Shown piece by piece: positions 56,001 to 64,000 of a stretch of 64,000 bases of DNA. Under the pieces are notes generated by a model, which searched no databases, was not told where the DNA came from, and saw only the letters and a list, made by a program, of their open reading frames with translations. Position 1 is the stretch's first letter. Each line of letters opens with the position of its first letter. Both the position numbers and the translations under genes were made by a program. The stretch is from an uncultured Methanosarcinales archaeon. Its GTDB lineage: Archaea; Nanobdellota; Nanobdellia; Woesearchaeales; UBA583. The DNA is taken from the NCBI GenBank assembly GCA_964621065.1, contig CAZULG010000005.1, positions 108 to 64,107 on the forward strand, read 5' to 3'.

Positions 56001-56876
56001 TTTCAAAATTTTAATTTGCTCTCTAGTCAAATCCTTATCTCTTTGAATTAACTCATTAATTCTAGAATTAATTTTCCCAATTATCCTTTTATTATATTTT
56101 TCAATTCCACTTTGATTTAAAAATAAATTATAATTTTGTATTGATAAAAATTCAAGTAAAGTTAGACCTTCTAATTCATCTTTCAATTCAACTTGTAACT
56201 CTCCAAATTTATCATTTGAAACCTCTAATATTTTTTTGAATTTATCATAATTTGCTAAGTATTTAGGCAAATTATCATCAACAATTCTGTAAAATATTGA
56301 AGTTGGTATATTATTCTCACTAAACACATTTTCTCTATTTGAATTAAATCCTGTAAAATAAGTGGTAAATCCTTTAAACTTCTCAACTAATTTTTTATCT
56401 TCAATCCTATTTCTCTTATCTAACCACAAAGGTAGAACTTTTTCATAAAATTCTTTTTTAAAAAATGTTGAGAACTCGTCTTTAAATTTTAATTTAACTA
56501 ACTCCTTCAAATTTTTTCTAAGTTCTTTATTTAATTTATCAAAATTATCTCTTTTATTTTTATTTTGCTTATCTCTAATAAATTCTAAATAAATATTTTC
56601 AAATTCCTCAAGTTTAGTTTTTGATATTTTTGTGAATTTTAAACTTCTCTCAATAAACTCTTTAAAGTACTCATCTGCAATTTTTTTTACTATCTTAAAA
56701 TCTTCATTTCTTTGCTTATCTTCTTCAATTATTTTTTCAATCGAATTCAAGCTTTCATCAATCACCAGTTCTTCTCCATCAAATCCAACTGGTTTTAGCT
56801 CAAAACGTAGTGTTTTACTTAAACTATACTGATTAGTTAGTCCTCCCCAGATATTTTCTGTATTCATTTGTTGCAT
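53004..56876 (-). CDS. cas12a: Type V-A effector Cas12a (Cpf1)
   Basis: N-terminal TNQYSLSKTLRFELKPVG and WED processing motif THPKN...KNKRYTQDKVLFHVPITLNF. RuvC-I LSLDRGERHLLY (Asp 54201-54203), RuvC-II IVLEDLNYGFK (Glu 53931-53933), IDPYLTSK, Nuc motif ILQLRNS, RuvC-III NADCNGAYHIGLKG (Asp 53154-53156). Spacings of 90 and 259 aa are typical of Cas12a. Confidence 0.95.
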   Translation of the reverse strand: MQQMNTENIWGGLTNQYSLSKTLRFELKPVGFDGEELVIDESLNSIEKIIEEDKQRNEDFKIVKKIADEYFKEFIERSLKFTKISKTKLEEFENIYLEFIRDKQNKNKRDNFDKLNKELRKNLKELVKLKFKDEFSTFFKKEFYEKVLPLWLDKRNRIEDKKLVEKFKGFTTYFTGFNSNRENVFSENNIPTSIFYRIVDDNLPKYLANYDKFKKILEVSNDKFGELQVELKDELEGLTLLEFLSIQNYNLFLNQSGIEKYNKRIIGKINSRINELIQRDKDLTREQIKILKKSKLQVLFNQILSDKESLFTFDKFNSDYEVLTKIDEFYNNLNSKNQFDEFSNLFENLDSENFDLSLIKIKNGKFISDISQNIFGDYNVIKEDLKREYIKSRNYDIEKLNKKQQEEIEKYLKTDYFCFKEIQNSISRIKETRDDSDEIITLFDFFKDFKFSVEHKSIDLLKNIEDSYKSFNSIKFEEFKNESQKKLTQDKYNEVVNVIKEFLDALQNYYHFVKLLKFENEYRDEHFYQIYDELLNLISQITPLYNKVRNYISQKPFSTQKFKLNFQSSSFLNGWDSNFETKSAVILKKKINNKTNYYIAISPKKIENNENDFSVNKGNFEILNYDFQKPDNKNIPRLFIRSKGDNFSPNVEKYNLPVQEIIEIYDKGYFKTEFRKTNFSKFKESLVKLIDYFKLGFQRHESYKHFKFNWKESREYEDISQFYFDVESSCYQLNFKKINEEYIKQLVEENKLYLFQIYNKDFSQNKIKKENYNSKKNLHTMYFEELFSEENLEDVVFKLNGQAEIFYREKSIEYKPTHPKNLPTKNKDPINGKEESLFSYDIGKNKRYTQDKVLFHVPITLNFKSNSRVRINNEVNKVIKQNSKNINILSLDRGERHLLYYTLLDTKGNIKEKGSFNLINDSFNRKVNYHQKLSKLEKERDEKRKSWQNISTIKELKEGFLSQIIHKISKIAVENNAIIVLEDLNYGFKRGRFKVEKQVYEKFEKMLISKLNFLVFKDKKNDEIGGNLKAYQLTPEVNVLKDIGKQTGILFYIDPYLTSKICPKTAFVNRLYPKYENESQAKDFINKFDSIRYLKDEDLFEFSFKYSSFGVKDLVKDDWKIYSNGIKLVQSRDKNQNNNWTTKSVNVNEELKKLFNDFNIKIEESQNLIDDIVKQNKFFLENIIKNLKLILQLRNSYTDNELKINKITEKEGDYILSCVKNKKGYFFDSRNANKEEVDNADCNGAYHIGLKGLMVLNKIKEFEDIEKIKFNDLKIERNEFLNEMIRRNWS

Positions 56877-56987
56877 ATTTCATTTATGAAAATTAGCTTT
56901 ATAAATATGTCTCCTGTAATAAGTAGAAAAAAATAAACTTAATAAAAACAAATCTTATAAATTACAATACACTTTATTGATATAGAA
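56877..56987. promoter_or_regulatory. Divergent promoter region with two TATA-like boxes ~22-25 nt from each ATG
   Basis: tttataaata at 56898-56907 lies about 22 nt upstream of the cas12a ATG (56876, minus strand). cttataaatt at 56954-56963 lies about 25 nt upstream of the gatE ATG (56988). No Shine-Dalgarno-like sequence is seen, so the geometry suggests leaderless mRNAs. Confidence 0.4.
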
Positions 56988-58937
56988 ATGTCACAATTAT
57001 CAAAACTCCTCTTTCTCAAAGACTTACAAGAACTCAATTATGAAGATATCAAACTCACAGCAGGTCTTGAAATTCATCAACAACTCAATACAGGAAAATT
57101 ATTCTCACAAGCACCGTGTAAAATCGTTCCAAATGAAGAGTTGAATAAATCAATTACACGAAAACTCAGGTTTTCAAAAGCAGAAGATGGTTCAGTTGAT
57201 AAAGCAGCAATGCACGCATTTGTTCAGCAAAATACGTACAAATACTATTATAATGATGAAATTGCAACACTTGTTGATTTAGACGAAGAACCGCCAACAA
57301 AGCCTAATGAGCAAGCACTTCACACTGCCATTCAAGTTGGACAAATGCTTAATATTTCATTTTTCAACACATTTGTATTTATGCGAAAACTCATTGTTGA
57401 TGGATCAATAACAAGTGGATTTCAACGAACTGCATTATTGGGAGTGAGTGGAAATATTTCAACAAATCATGGTGAAATTCCAATTCATGCAATTAATTTA
57501 GAAGAAGACTCATCAAGAATAATTTCAAAAGAGACCAATGAGCACATTTACGCACTTGATAGACAAGGAATCCCACTCATTGAAATTACAACTGGGCCAG
57601 TTATGCACACTCCTGAAGCGGTTCAAGAAGTTGCACTTGAAATTGGAAATATTTTGAGAAGTTTTAGGGCAACAAGAAGAGGGCTTGGAACAATTCGACA
57701 AGACGTGAATGTCTCAGTAGGTGTTGGTCAAAGAGTTGAGATTAAAGGAGCACAAAATTTAGAACTTATTCCTCAAGTCATTATCGCAGAAGCAAAACGA
57801 CAACTCATTATGCACTCAATTCAAGAAGAGTGTAAACTCAGAAATATTACACCTCAAAATATTAACGAACATTCACAAATTCAAGAAATAACTCAACTAT
57901 TTCAATTTACAACTGCAAAGGTGATTTCTCAAGCACTAAAACAAGACAACTCAGGTGTGTTTGCAATTCCTCTTCACAATATGAGAGGAATACTTGGACA
58001 CGAAATTCAAGATAATTATCGATTTGCAACAGAAATCTCAAATAGAAATAAGAAACGATTCACTCAAATTAGAGGATTATTTCACAGCGATGAACTACCA
58101 AATTATGGGATGAGTAAAGAAGAAGTCAGCTCAATATATCAAGCACTCAATATTGACAAAGAGCATGATGGGTTTATTCTCCTCGCGCACAACTCAACTA
58201 TTGCAAAACAATCACTTGAATACATAAAAGAAATTATTTGTGAGTTAATTCAAGGAGTTCAAGAAGAAGTAAGACAAGTTGATCCTAAAGGAACAATCAC
58301 CCAATTTCTCAGACCAATGCCTGGTGCAAGTAGAATGTATCCTGAAACAGACATTTTTACAATTCCTCGCAAATCAATTCCACTTCAAAAGCTACAAGAA
58401 ACACTTCCTGAAAAATATGATCACAAAATTAAACGATTAGAAAAAGAATTCAATTTAAATAAAGATGAGATCCTCTCACTACTTGAAAAATATGAAGAAG
58501 ACACAATTACTACACTCATTGAATCAACTCATCTCAAAGCTAAAGAATTATATAACTACATCATCACCATTCCAAAAGATATTAAAAAACGAGAACAAAT
58601 TGAACCCGTTGACTTCTCACACGAGCTCCTTCACGATTTACTCACAACAATTACAAAAAATAATATGAACACACAAAGTATTCGAGACATATTTATCTCA
58701 CTCTATCAAAAACAAATTCAAGATGCAATTAATGTTGAACAATATTTACAAGAAAATAATTTACTCCAGGAGCAACTCGGTGTTGATGAAATTCGAGCAT
58801 CAATTCAAACAATTATTGGACAAAATCCAAATGCACCTTTTGGAGCATTAATGGGATTGTGTATGAAAGAGTTCGGAAAACAAGCAGATGGAAAAATTAT
58901 TAGCAAAATTTTAAATGAAGAACTCAGTAACAAATAA
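56988..58937 (+). CDS. gatE: Glutamyl-tRNA(Gln) amidotransferase subunit E (archaeal)
   Basis: LTAGLEIHQQLNTGKLF, LDEEPP and the GatB/E core with a YqeY-like tail. The 649-aa length fits GatE rather than GatB. Confidence 0.85.
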   Translation: MSQLSKLLFLKDLQELNYEDIKLTAGLEIHQQLNTGKLFSQAPCKIVPNEELNKSITRKLRFSKAEDGSVDKAAMHAFVQQNTYKYYYNDEIATLVDLDEEPPTKPNEQALHTAIQVGQMLNISFFNTFVFMRKLIVDGSITSGFQRTALLGVSGNISTNHGEIPIHAINLEEDSSRIISKETNEHIYALDRQGIPLIEITTGPVMHTPEAVQEVALEIGNILRSFRATRRGLGTIRQDVNVSVGVGQRVEIKGAQNLELIPQVIIAEAKRQLIMHSIQEECKLRNITPQNINEHSQIQEITQLFQFTTAKVISQALKQDNSGVFAIPLHNMRGILGHEIQDNYRFATEISNRNKKRFTQIRGLFHSDELPNYGMSKEEVSSIYQALNIDKEHDGFILLAHNSTIAKQSLEYIKEIICELIQGVQEEVRQVDPKGTITQFLRPMPGASRMYPETDIFTIPRKSIPLQKLQETLPEKYDHKIKRLEKEFNLNKDEILSLLEKYEEDTITTLIESTHLKAKELYNYIITIPKDIKKREQIEPVDFSHELLHDLLTTITKNNMNTQSIRDIFISLYQKQIQDAINVEQYLQENNLLQEQLGVDEIRASIQTIIGQNPNAPFGALMGLCMKEFGKQADGKIISKILNEELSNK

Positions 58938-58977
58938 GGCTAAAATAAAAATATTGAATAATCATATTACAGCTAAC

Positions 58978-59826
58978 TTACTTCACTGTGTTTAATGAGT
59001 TGAAAAAGTTCTCATCTTCTTCATCAATATACTCATCTTCTCCTTGCACAGTATTATCTTGAGACTCTTTAACAGGGTTTTTTGAGTTCAAATAAGGAAT
59101 TGAATTAAGTAGTTCGTTTTCATCACTTGTGTTATTTTGTTGCTCAGCGCTTGATTGAGCAATGTTTTTACTAGATTTATTATCACTCTCTTTACTATAA
59201 TACGCGTGTTCTACTTGAGACTCTGAATTAGGATGAAATACATTTTCTTGATAATTCATAAAATGAATAGGACTCACACTCAATACACTTGTTAATACGT
59301 AATATACAATAAAAGCAGCTGTTTCAAAGTTTGGAATGAAGAGTTGAACTGCAAAATACGTTAATGGAAAAAACAATCCATGTAACATAATGGGGAATCC
59401 TTTTTCTTCAAAGCGATATCGTGTCCAGTTTTGTATAAAATTTAATAACTGTGTGAGCGTAAATAATCCTACTAATATTAATCCGAGAAGAAATGAGTTA
59501 AACAATAATACTCCATACGCCACAAGTGGGAACAAAAATAATGAGAATATTGTAATTACTTCCATAAGTGCTTGTGGAGATGATTTTTTTGGATGCTTCA
59601 ATGAAACATATACTGCATATGAAAAATATAATACAAAGGCTCCAAGTAGAGAAAAGAAAGCCCTTTGGAATTCTTGATTAATAAAATGATAAAAAATAAA
59701 TGTTCCAAATAACGACAAAATTCCTAGAAAAAAAAAATTACTATAATAATTTAACACATTCATAATAACACATAAATAAACAAACTTATATACATTTATC
59801 ACCATTTTCACGTTGATACGTATCAT
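58978..59826 (-). CDS. Multi-pass membrane protein with acidic/N-rich C-terminal tail, function unknown
   Basis: About 6 hydrophobic helices followed by a polar tail. The start is uncertain: the track start at 59838 is TTG, and the first ATG is at 59826. Confidence 0.5.
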   Translation of the reverse strand: MIRINVKMVINVYKFVYLCVIMNVLNYYSNFFFLGILSLFGTFIFYHFINQEFQRAFFSLLGAFVLYFSYAVYVSLKHPKKSSPQALMEVITIFSLFLFPLVAYGVLLFNSFLLGLILVGLFTLTQLLNFIQNWTRYRFEEKGFPIMLHGLFFPLTYFAVQLFIPNFETAAFIVYYVLTSVLSVSPIHFMNYQENVFHPNSESQVEHAYYSKESDNKSSKNIAQSSAEQQNNTSDENELLNSIPYLNSKNPVKESQDNTVQGEDEYIDEEDENFFNSLNTVK

Positions 59827-59880
59827 ATCTAGCAACAATATTTTTTAAGATTTTTAAAAAATTGAGAGCAAAATGTAAGA

Positions 59881-60170
59881 AAAAGTGTATTAAAAAATAA
59901 TAAAAATGTAATTTATAGTTTAATTTAAATAAAAATATAGAATTATAAATTTAAATATATAAATACATATATTTACTAACTAATATATTTATATTTATTT
60001 ATTTATAATGTTAATATTTAAATAACAAATATATGTAATATAAAAATCATATTTAAAAAAATTTAATTAATTAAAAAATATTTCTATTTATAAATATTTA
60101 TTATATTATAATTATAAATATAAATAAATGTTTTTAAATAAATTTAAATATTAATATTTATTTTAAATAA
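59881..60170. other. Extreme A+T block (~95% A+T) upstream of polB; candidate DNA-unwinding element/origin or promoter region
   Basis: I counted about 15 G/C in about 290 nt. Short A/T motifs recur (ttataaat, aaatattta, taaatataaataaat). It sits in the 396-nt spacer between divergent genes. Confidence 0.35.
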
Positions 60171-60234
60171 AGCATTGTGACACAGATTTGACTAAAACAC
60201 ATAAATATTTAAAAAATATAGAATTAAAAATAGT

Positions 60235-62550
60235 ATGAATTCATCCTTTTTGTTTCACGTTGAATATGATAAAGAGTTACATGAAATAAAAAAATATTAT
60301 CTTGATTCTAAACATTCAACATTCTTTGAAACGACCACATTCTTCAAACCCATTTTTTTAATTCAAAAAGAATTTTTTGCAATTTATAGTTCCTCAGATG
60401 TAACTCAAACATTCACACTTGAGGAAAATTTTTCTTCAATAGATGCAAGTAATATCATCAAAATCACTCCTCACTCAAAAGAAGCTCAGCAAGAATTATT
60501 AGAATATATTTCAACATATTCATTACAAACATTTGAGTTTGATATTAATGAGAGTGACTATTACTTAATTGAGACTCCTGAGATAATTGCGTCTCCCCCT
60601 CAAGCAAAAGAATGTAAAATCATCAGTTTAGATATTGAAACAATTGGTGATTCAAACAATCAAACAATCATTCTCATTGCCCTAAGTTCGTATTCAAAAG
60701 CATTTAGTAATAGAGTGTTTGTCAATTGCAAAGAGTTCCCTTCAAAGCATAAACATTTGATGCACACAGATGTATCTAAAGAATTTAACGAGCCAGTTTC
60801 AATTGTATGGTGTAGAGATGAGAAGGATCTTCTTGAACAAGTTATTGCAGCAATTAAAGAGTTTCAGCCACAATTTATTATTGGTTGGAACGTTATTGCT
60901 TTTGATTTTAAAATAATTAAACAAAAATGCTCTGTTCATAATATTACATTTAATTTCTCTAAGTTTCAAGGAGAAACAAAGATGAGAATCTCCTCAGATT
61001 TTTTTGGAAAAGATTATCTTATCTTCCCAGGAATGCTTGTTTTAGATTGTATTCAGCTATTAAAAGTGAATTATATTCAATATCAAGACTTTAAACTCAA
61101 CTCTGTTGCAAAAGAAGTGTTAGGAGAAGAGAAAATTGATTTATTAGATGATGATGAGAGTGATTTTAGTATTAGCGAGAAAATTAAAACTATTGAACAT
61201 AATTGGAATACAAACCCTATAAAATTGATGTGGTATAATTATATTGACACAACACTTGTTTTAGATATTGTTGAGAAGATTAAACTTCTTGATTTAATGT
61301 TTGAGCGATCTGTGAGTACACAAACACTCTTTCAACGGTTACAATCTCCAATTGCTGTGTTGGATCAAATGTATTTAAAACGACTTCATAAACAAAAGAA
61401 AGTTGCAAATACACACCATCCAACACAAGGAACAACTCCAATTGAAGGAGCGTATGTTATTGAACCAAAAAGCGGTTTATATAATGATATTGTCGTATTT
61501 GATTTTGCGTCTCTCTACCCATCACTCATGATTACGTTTAATATTGACCCATTTACATATTCAAAACAAGGAGAAATTGTAGCTCCTAATAATGCAGCAT
61601 TTGTCAAGAAGAGAGGAATTTTGCCAACAATACTTCAAGAGTTATTTCAAGAGCGTGTTAGAGCGAAATCTGAGAGTAATTCAGTAAAATCTCACGCTTT
61701 AAAAATTACAATGAACTCATTTTATGGATCAATGGCCTCTCCTAAATCTCGATATTATAATAAGCATTTAGCAGAAGCAATTACAGCGTTTGGACGTGAG
61801 TGTCTTGTGCAAGCAAAAACATTTCTAGAATCGCTTAATATGAGTGTTATTTACGGAGATACAGACTCTGTGTTTGTTCAAATGGAATTCTCAAATAATA
61901 GTAGTTCTACGCAAAAGCTCAAAGAGATCAAACAGATTGAAAAAAAAATCAATACACATTTTTCATCTTGGATTACAGAAAAATATGGGGTTGAGAGTCA
62001 TTTGACAATTGAGGGAGAAAAATTGTTTGAAAAATTCTTTATTGCGAGTAAAAAGCGTTATGTTGGACAAGATTTAGATAAAAAGTTGCACTTCACTGGA
62101 ATGGAGAGTGTTCGAGGTGATTGGACTCAAGTTGCAAAAGAATTTCAAGTGAAACTCATTGAGCATATATTTCGTGATTCAACACGTGAGAAAATTATCT
62201 CATTTATTTTAGATGAAATTAAACAATTAAAAAAAGGAGAGTATGATGATAAACTTGTATATACAAAAAAAATCACAAAACCGCTAAAGGAATATACAAA
62301 AATGACGCCCCCACATGTGAAAGCTGCGCGTGAGCTAGAGGAGTTTAATGGTAGAGTGGTTGAATATGTGATGACAACACAAGGTCCAAAACATATATTT
62401 TTATATGATAATGCACAAGGATTTGATTATGAACACTATATCGATAAACAACTCAAAGGTGTAAGTGATGAAATCTTAGAGGCAATTGGTTTAAACTTTG
62501 ATGAGATTGTGTATAATAGTAAACAAAATAATTTGAATAAGTTTTTTTAG
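60235..62550 (+). CDS. polB: Family B DNA polymerase
   Basis: Exo I LDIETIG, VVFDFASLYPSLMITFNI (motif A), KITMNSFYG (motif B) and IYGDTDSVFV (motif C). Length 771 aa. Confidence 0.92.
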   Translation: MNSSFLFHVEYDKELHEIKKYYLDSKHSTFFETTTFFKPIFLIQKEFFAIYSSSDVTQTFTLEENFSSIDASNIIKITPHSKEAQQELLEYISTYSLQTFEFDINESDYYLIETPEIIASPPQAKECKIISLDIETIGDSNNQTIILIALSSYSKAFSNRVFVNCKEFPSKHKHLMHTDVSKEFNEPVSIVWCRDEKDLLEQVIAAIKEFQPQFIIGWNVIAFDFKIIKQKCSVHNITFNFSKFQGETKMRISSDFFGKDYLIFPGMLVLDCIQLLKVNYIQYQDFKLNSVAKEVLGEEKIDLLDDDESDFSISEKIKTIEHNWNTNPIKLMWYNYIDTTLVLDIVEKIKLLDLMFERSVSTQTLFQRLQSPIAVLDQMYLKRLHKQKKVANTHHPTQGTTPIEGAYVIEPKSGLYNDIVVFDFASLYPSLMITFNIDPFTYSKQGEIVAPNNAAFVKKRGILPTILQELFQERVRAKSESNSVKSHALKITMNSFYGSMASPKSRYYNKHLAEAITAFGRECLVQAKTFLESLNMSVIYGDTDSVFVQMEFSNNSSSTQKLKEIKQIEKKINTHFSSWITEKYGVESHLTIEGEKLFEKFFIASKKRYVGQDLDKKLHFTGMESVRGDWTQVAKEFQVKLIEHIFRDSTREKIISFILDEIKQLKKGEYDDKLVYTKKITKPLKEYTKMTPPHVKAARELEEFNGRVVEYVMTTQGPKHIFLYDNAQGFDYEHYIDKQLKGVSDEILEAIGLNFDEIVYNSKQNNLNKFF

Positions 62551-62613
62551 AAGTAAACTAATATTTGATTGAAAAACATATATTTATAATTATTTTACAT
62601 CTAAATATATCTA

Positions 62614-63684
62614 ATGAAGTTTCTAGAACAGTTGAGAGACAAAATTTCTTCAATTAAAGAGAGGAAGAATCCTGCTATTAAAAAACTGCCCTGGTATTCT
62701 ACTCAATTTAGAGCAAATTATTGGATTTACCATTATAGAGCACATTGTTCTGCAATAATTAGGAGCGGAGAAACATCTAGAGTGACATCTGGAACTTATG
62801 ATTTATCATTGTTATATCTGACTCAATTTCGATATAGTGAAAAAGATTTTATTAAGATTAAAAAATTGATTAGAAGAATTTCCTTAAATTTTTTAAAAGA
62901 TACGCTTAAACCTAACTCTCGAAGTATGATGAGTGATTTTATTAAACAAAATATTGTATTTTCCTATATCTTAGGATTTTTAGACTTAAATAATGAGGAA
63001 CTTAAATTGCTAAAAAGAGAAGTATTAAATAATCCCATAACTATTCATATCAATTCTAGAGAAGACTCATTTTACATATTTCCATATTTTATATTACTAT
63101 TTGCAAATTCATTTGATAACAGAGAAATTAAAGTTACTGCAGAAAATATGTCACAACTTAGAGAATTGTTTACTTCACAAAGAGCATACTCACTGGTTAA
63201 AACTTTTGTACATTTTTGTGTTGACAATAAATTTGGAATTTTTCAATATAAATCAGGAAGTGAAGGCTTAGGAGGAAGTTATGAGTATAAAAAATTAATT
63301 TCTTTAATCAATCAGAGCAATACAAATTTCCTTTCTTGTGAAATTGATGATACTATGTTTGATTTTTTAAAACCTTATTTGGATGAAATTAAAAATGCAT
63401 TTGATATTAGAGATTCTCTAAATTTATCAAGACAAGGTATAACATCATTTCCACGAAATCTCAATTCAACTATTCGCATATTAATGCTAAATGACAACAA
63501 TATAGAAATTATTGAAAATATAGAACATCTTAACAAATTAGTAAGTTTAGAACTTGATAGAAACCCCCTTAAAAAAATCACTCGAACTGCTTATGAATTT
63601 ATAAAAAAAAGAAATAAAGAAATAAAGTATTCAATTGTATCTGGTGTTGATATTGATTCGTTAACAATTATTGAAAACAAATAA
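62614..63684 (+). CDS. Hypothetical protein with C-terminal leucine-rich repeats
   Basis: LNLSRQGITSFPRNLNSTIRILMLNDNNIEIIENIEHLNKLVSLELDRNPLKKI is LRR-like (LxxLxLxxN). Confidence 0.55.
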   Translation: MKFLEQLRDKISSIKERKNPAIKKLPWYSTQFRANYWIYHYRAHCSAIIRSGETSRVTSGTYDLSLLYLTQFRYSEKDFIKIKKLIRRISLNFLKDTLKPNSRSMMSDFIKQNIVFSYILGFLDLNNEELKLLKREVLNNPITIHINSREDSFYIFPYFILLFANSFDNREIKVTAENMSQLRELFTSQRAYSLVKTFVHFCVDNKFGIFQYKSGSEGLGGSYEYKKLISLINQSNTNFLSCEIDDTMFDFLKPYLDEIKNAFDIRDSLNLSRQGITSFPRNLNSTIRILMLNDNNIEIIENIEHLNKLVSLELDRNPLKKITRTAYEFIKKRNKEIKYSIVSGVDIDSLTIIENK

Positions 63685-63701
63685 AGATTTATATATTAAA
63701 A

Positions 63702-64000
63702 TTATTTTTTGGGTTTGAGTAATTTTCCGCCCAATGTTGATTGCATTGATTTTGAAAAAAAGCCACTTACAAATGTCATCAGTTTATTTGAACTACCTGG
63801 AATAATAAGAGCTTTATTCTTAAATAATGAATCAATTCCAATTTGAGCAACATCTTTTGCACTCATTGTATTTGAATCGTTTTCTATCATCTGCTCTGCG
63901 TGAGCTGTTTTAAAAAATTGAGTTTTTGTAGGCCCAGGACACAGTGTTGATACCTTGACTTTTCCTTTCAACTCCACACGAAGCGCTTGAGAAAATGATA
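63702..64000 (-). CDS. Short-chain dehydrogenase/reductase, C-terminal part (gene continues beyond window end)
   Basis: The frame stays open to nt 64000. It reads ...ALRVELKGKVKVSTLCPGPTKTQF, which matches the SDR pattern (R.EL...gI.V..l.PG.v.T.f). Confidence 0.65.
   Translation of the reverse strand, partial: SFSQALRVELKGKVKVSTLCPGPTKTQFFKTAHAEQMIENDSNTMSAKDVAQIGIDSLFKNKALIIPGSSNKLMTFVSGFFSKSMQSTLGGKLLKPKK

Noticed and set aside
1-64000. Possible stop-codon reassignment, as seen in some uncultivated lineages.
   Set aside because: Well-supported genes end on TAA, TAG (for example 10053-10055) and TGA (for example 4014-4016 and 39228-39230). Conserved proteins are full length under the standard code, so there is no sign of recoding.

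Overview
AT-rich (roughly 30% GC by eye), densely packed window that reads as an archaeal chromosome segment, probably from an uncultivated small-genome (DPANN-like) lineage. That lineage call is inference. Archaeal markers: ribosomal proteins S6e, L1, P0 and P1, Kae1, class-I CCA-adding enzyme, Sec11-type signal peptidase, GatE, family-B DNA polymerase and a two-subunit 2-oxoacid:ferredoxin oxidoreductase. Several bacterial-type genes are interspersed: a long RelA/SpoT homologue, LspA, MutL, a truncated UvrA and a DpnI-like endonuclease. The standout is a complete minus-strand type V-A CRISPR-Cas locus at about 44.1-56.9 kb. Its order is cas12a (1290 aa), a Bro-N/DinD-like gene, a second divergent Cas12 effector (1275 aa), cas4, cas1, cas2, a 232-nt leader and a 33-repeat array. 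The repeat carries the canonical Cas12a handle (AAUUUCUACUAUUGUAGAU on the transcribed strand). The second effector keeps the Cas12a N-terminus, the crRNA-processing-like motif and RuvC I-III. It differs in having a ~130-aa insertion where the bridge helix should be and a CxxC...CxxC zinc ribbon instead of the Nuc domain, which matches my recollection of the RNA-triggered abortive-infection nuclease Cas12a2. Other points worth a second look: a RelE/ParE-like TA pair, two gene 3'-end duplication scars (ndk, GT2), a UvrA fragment, a ~95% A+T block upstream of polB, an LspA plus lipobox protein combination, and a DUF59/ClpX-zinc-finger fusion. All family assignments come from motifs I recognise in the translations; no database search was run.
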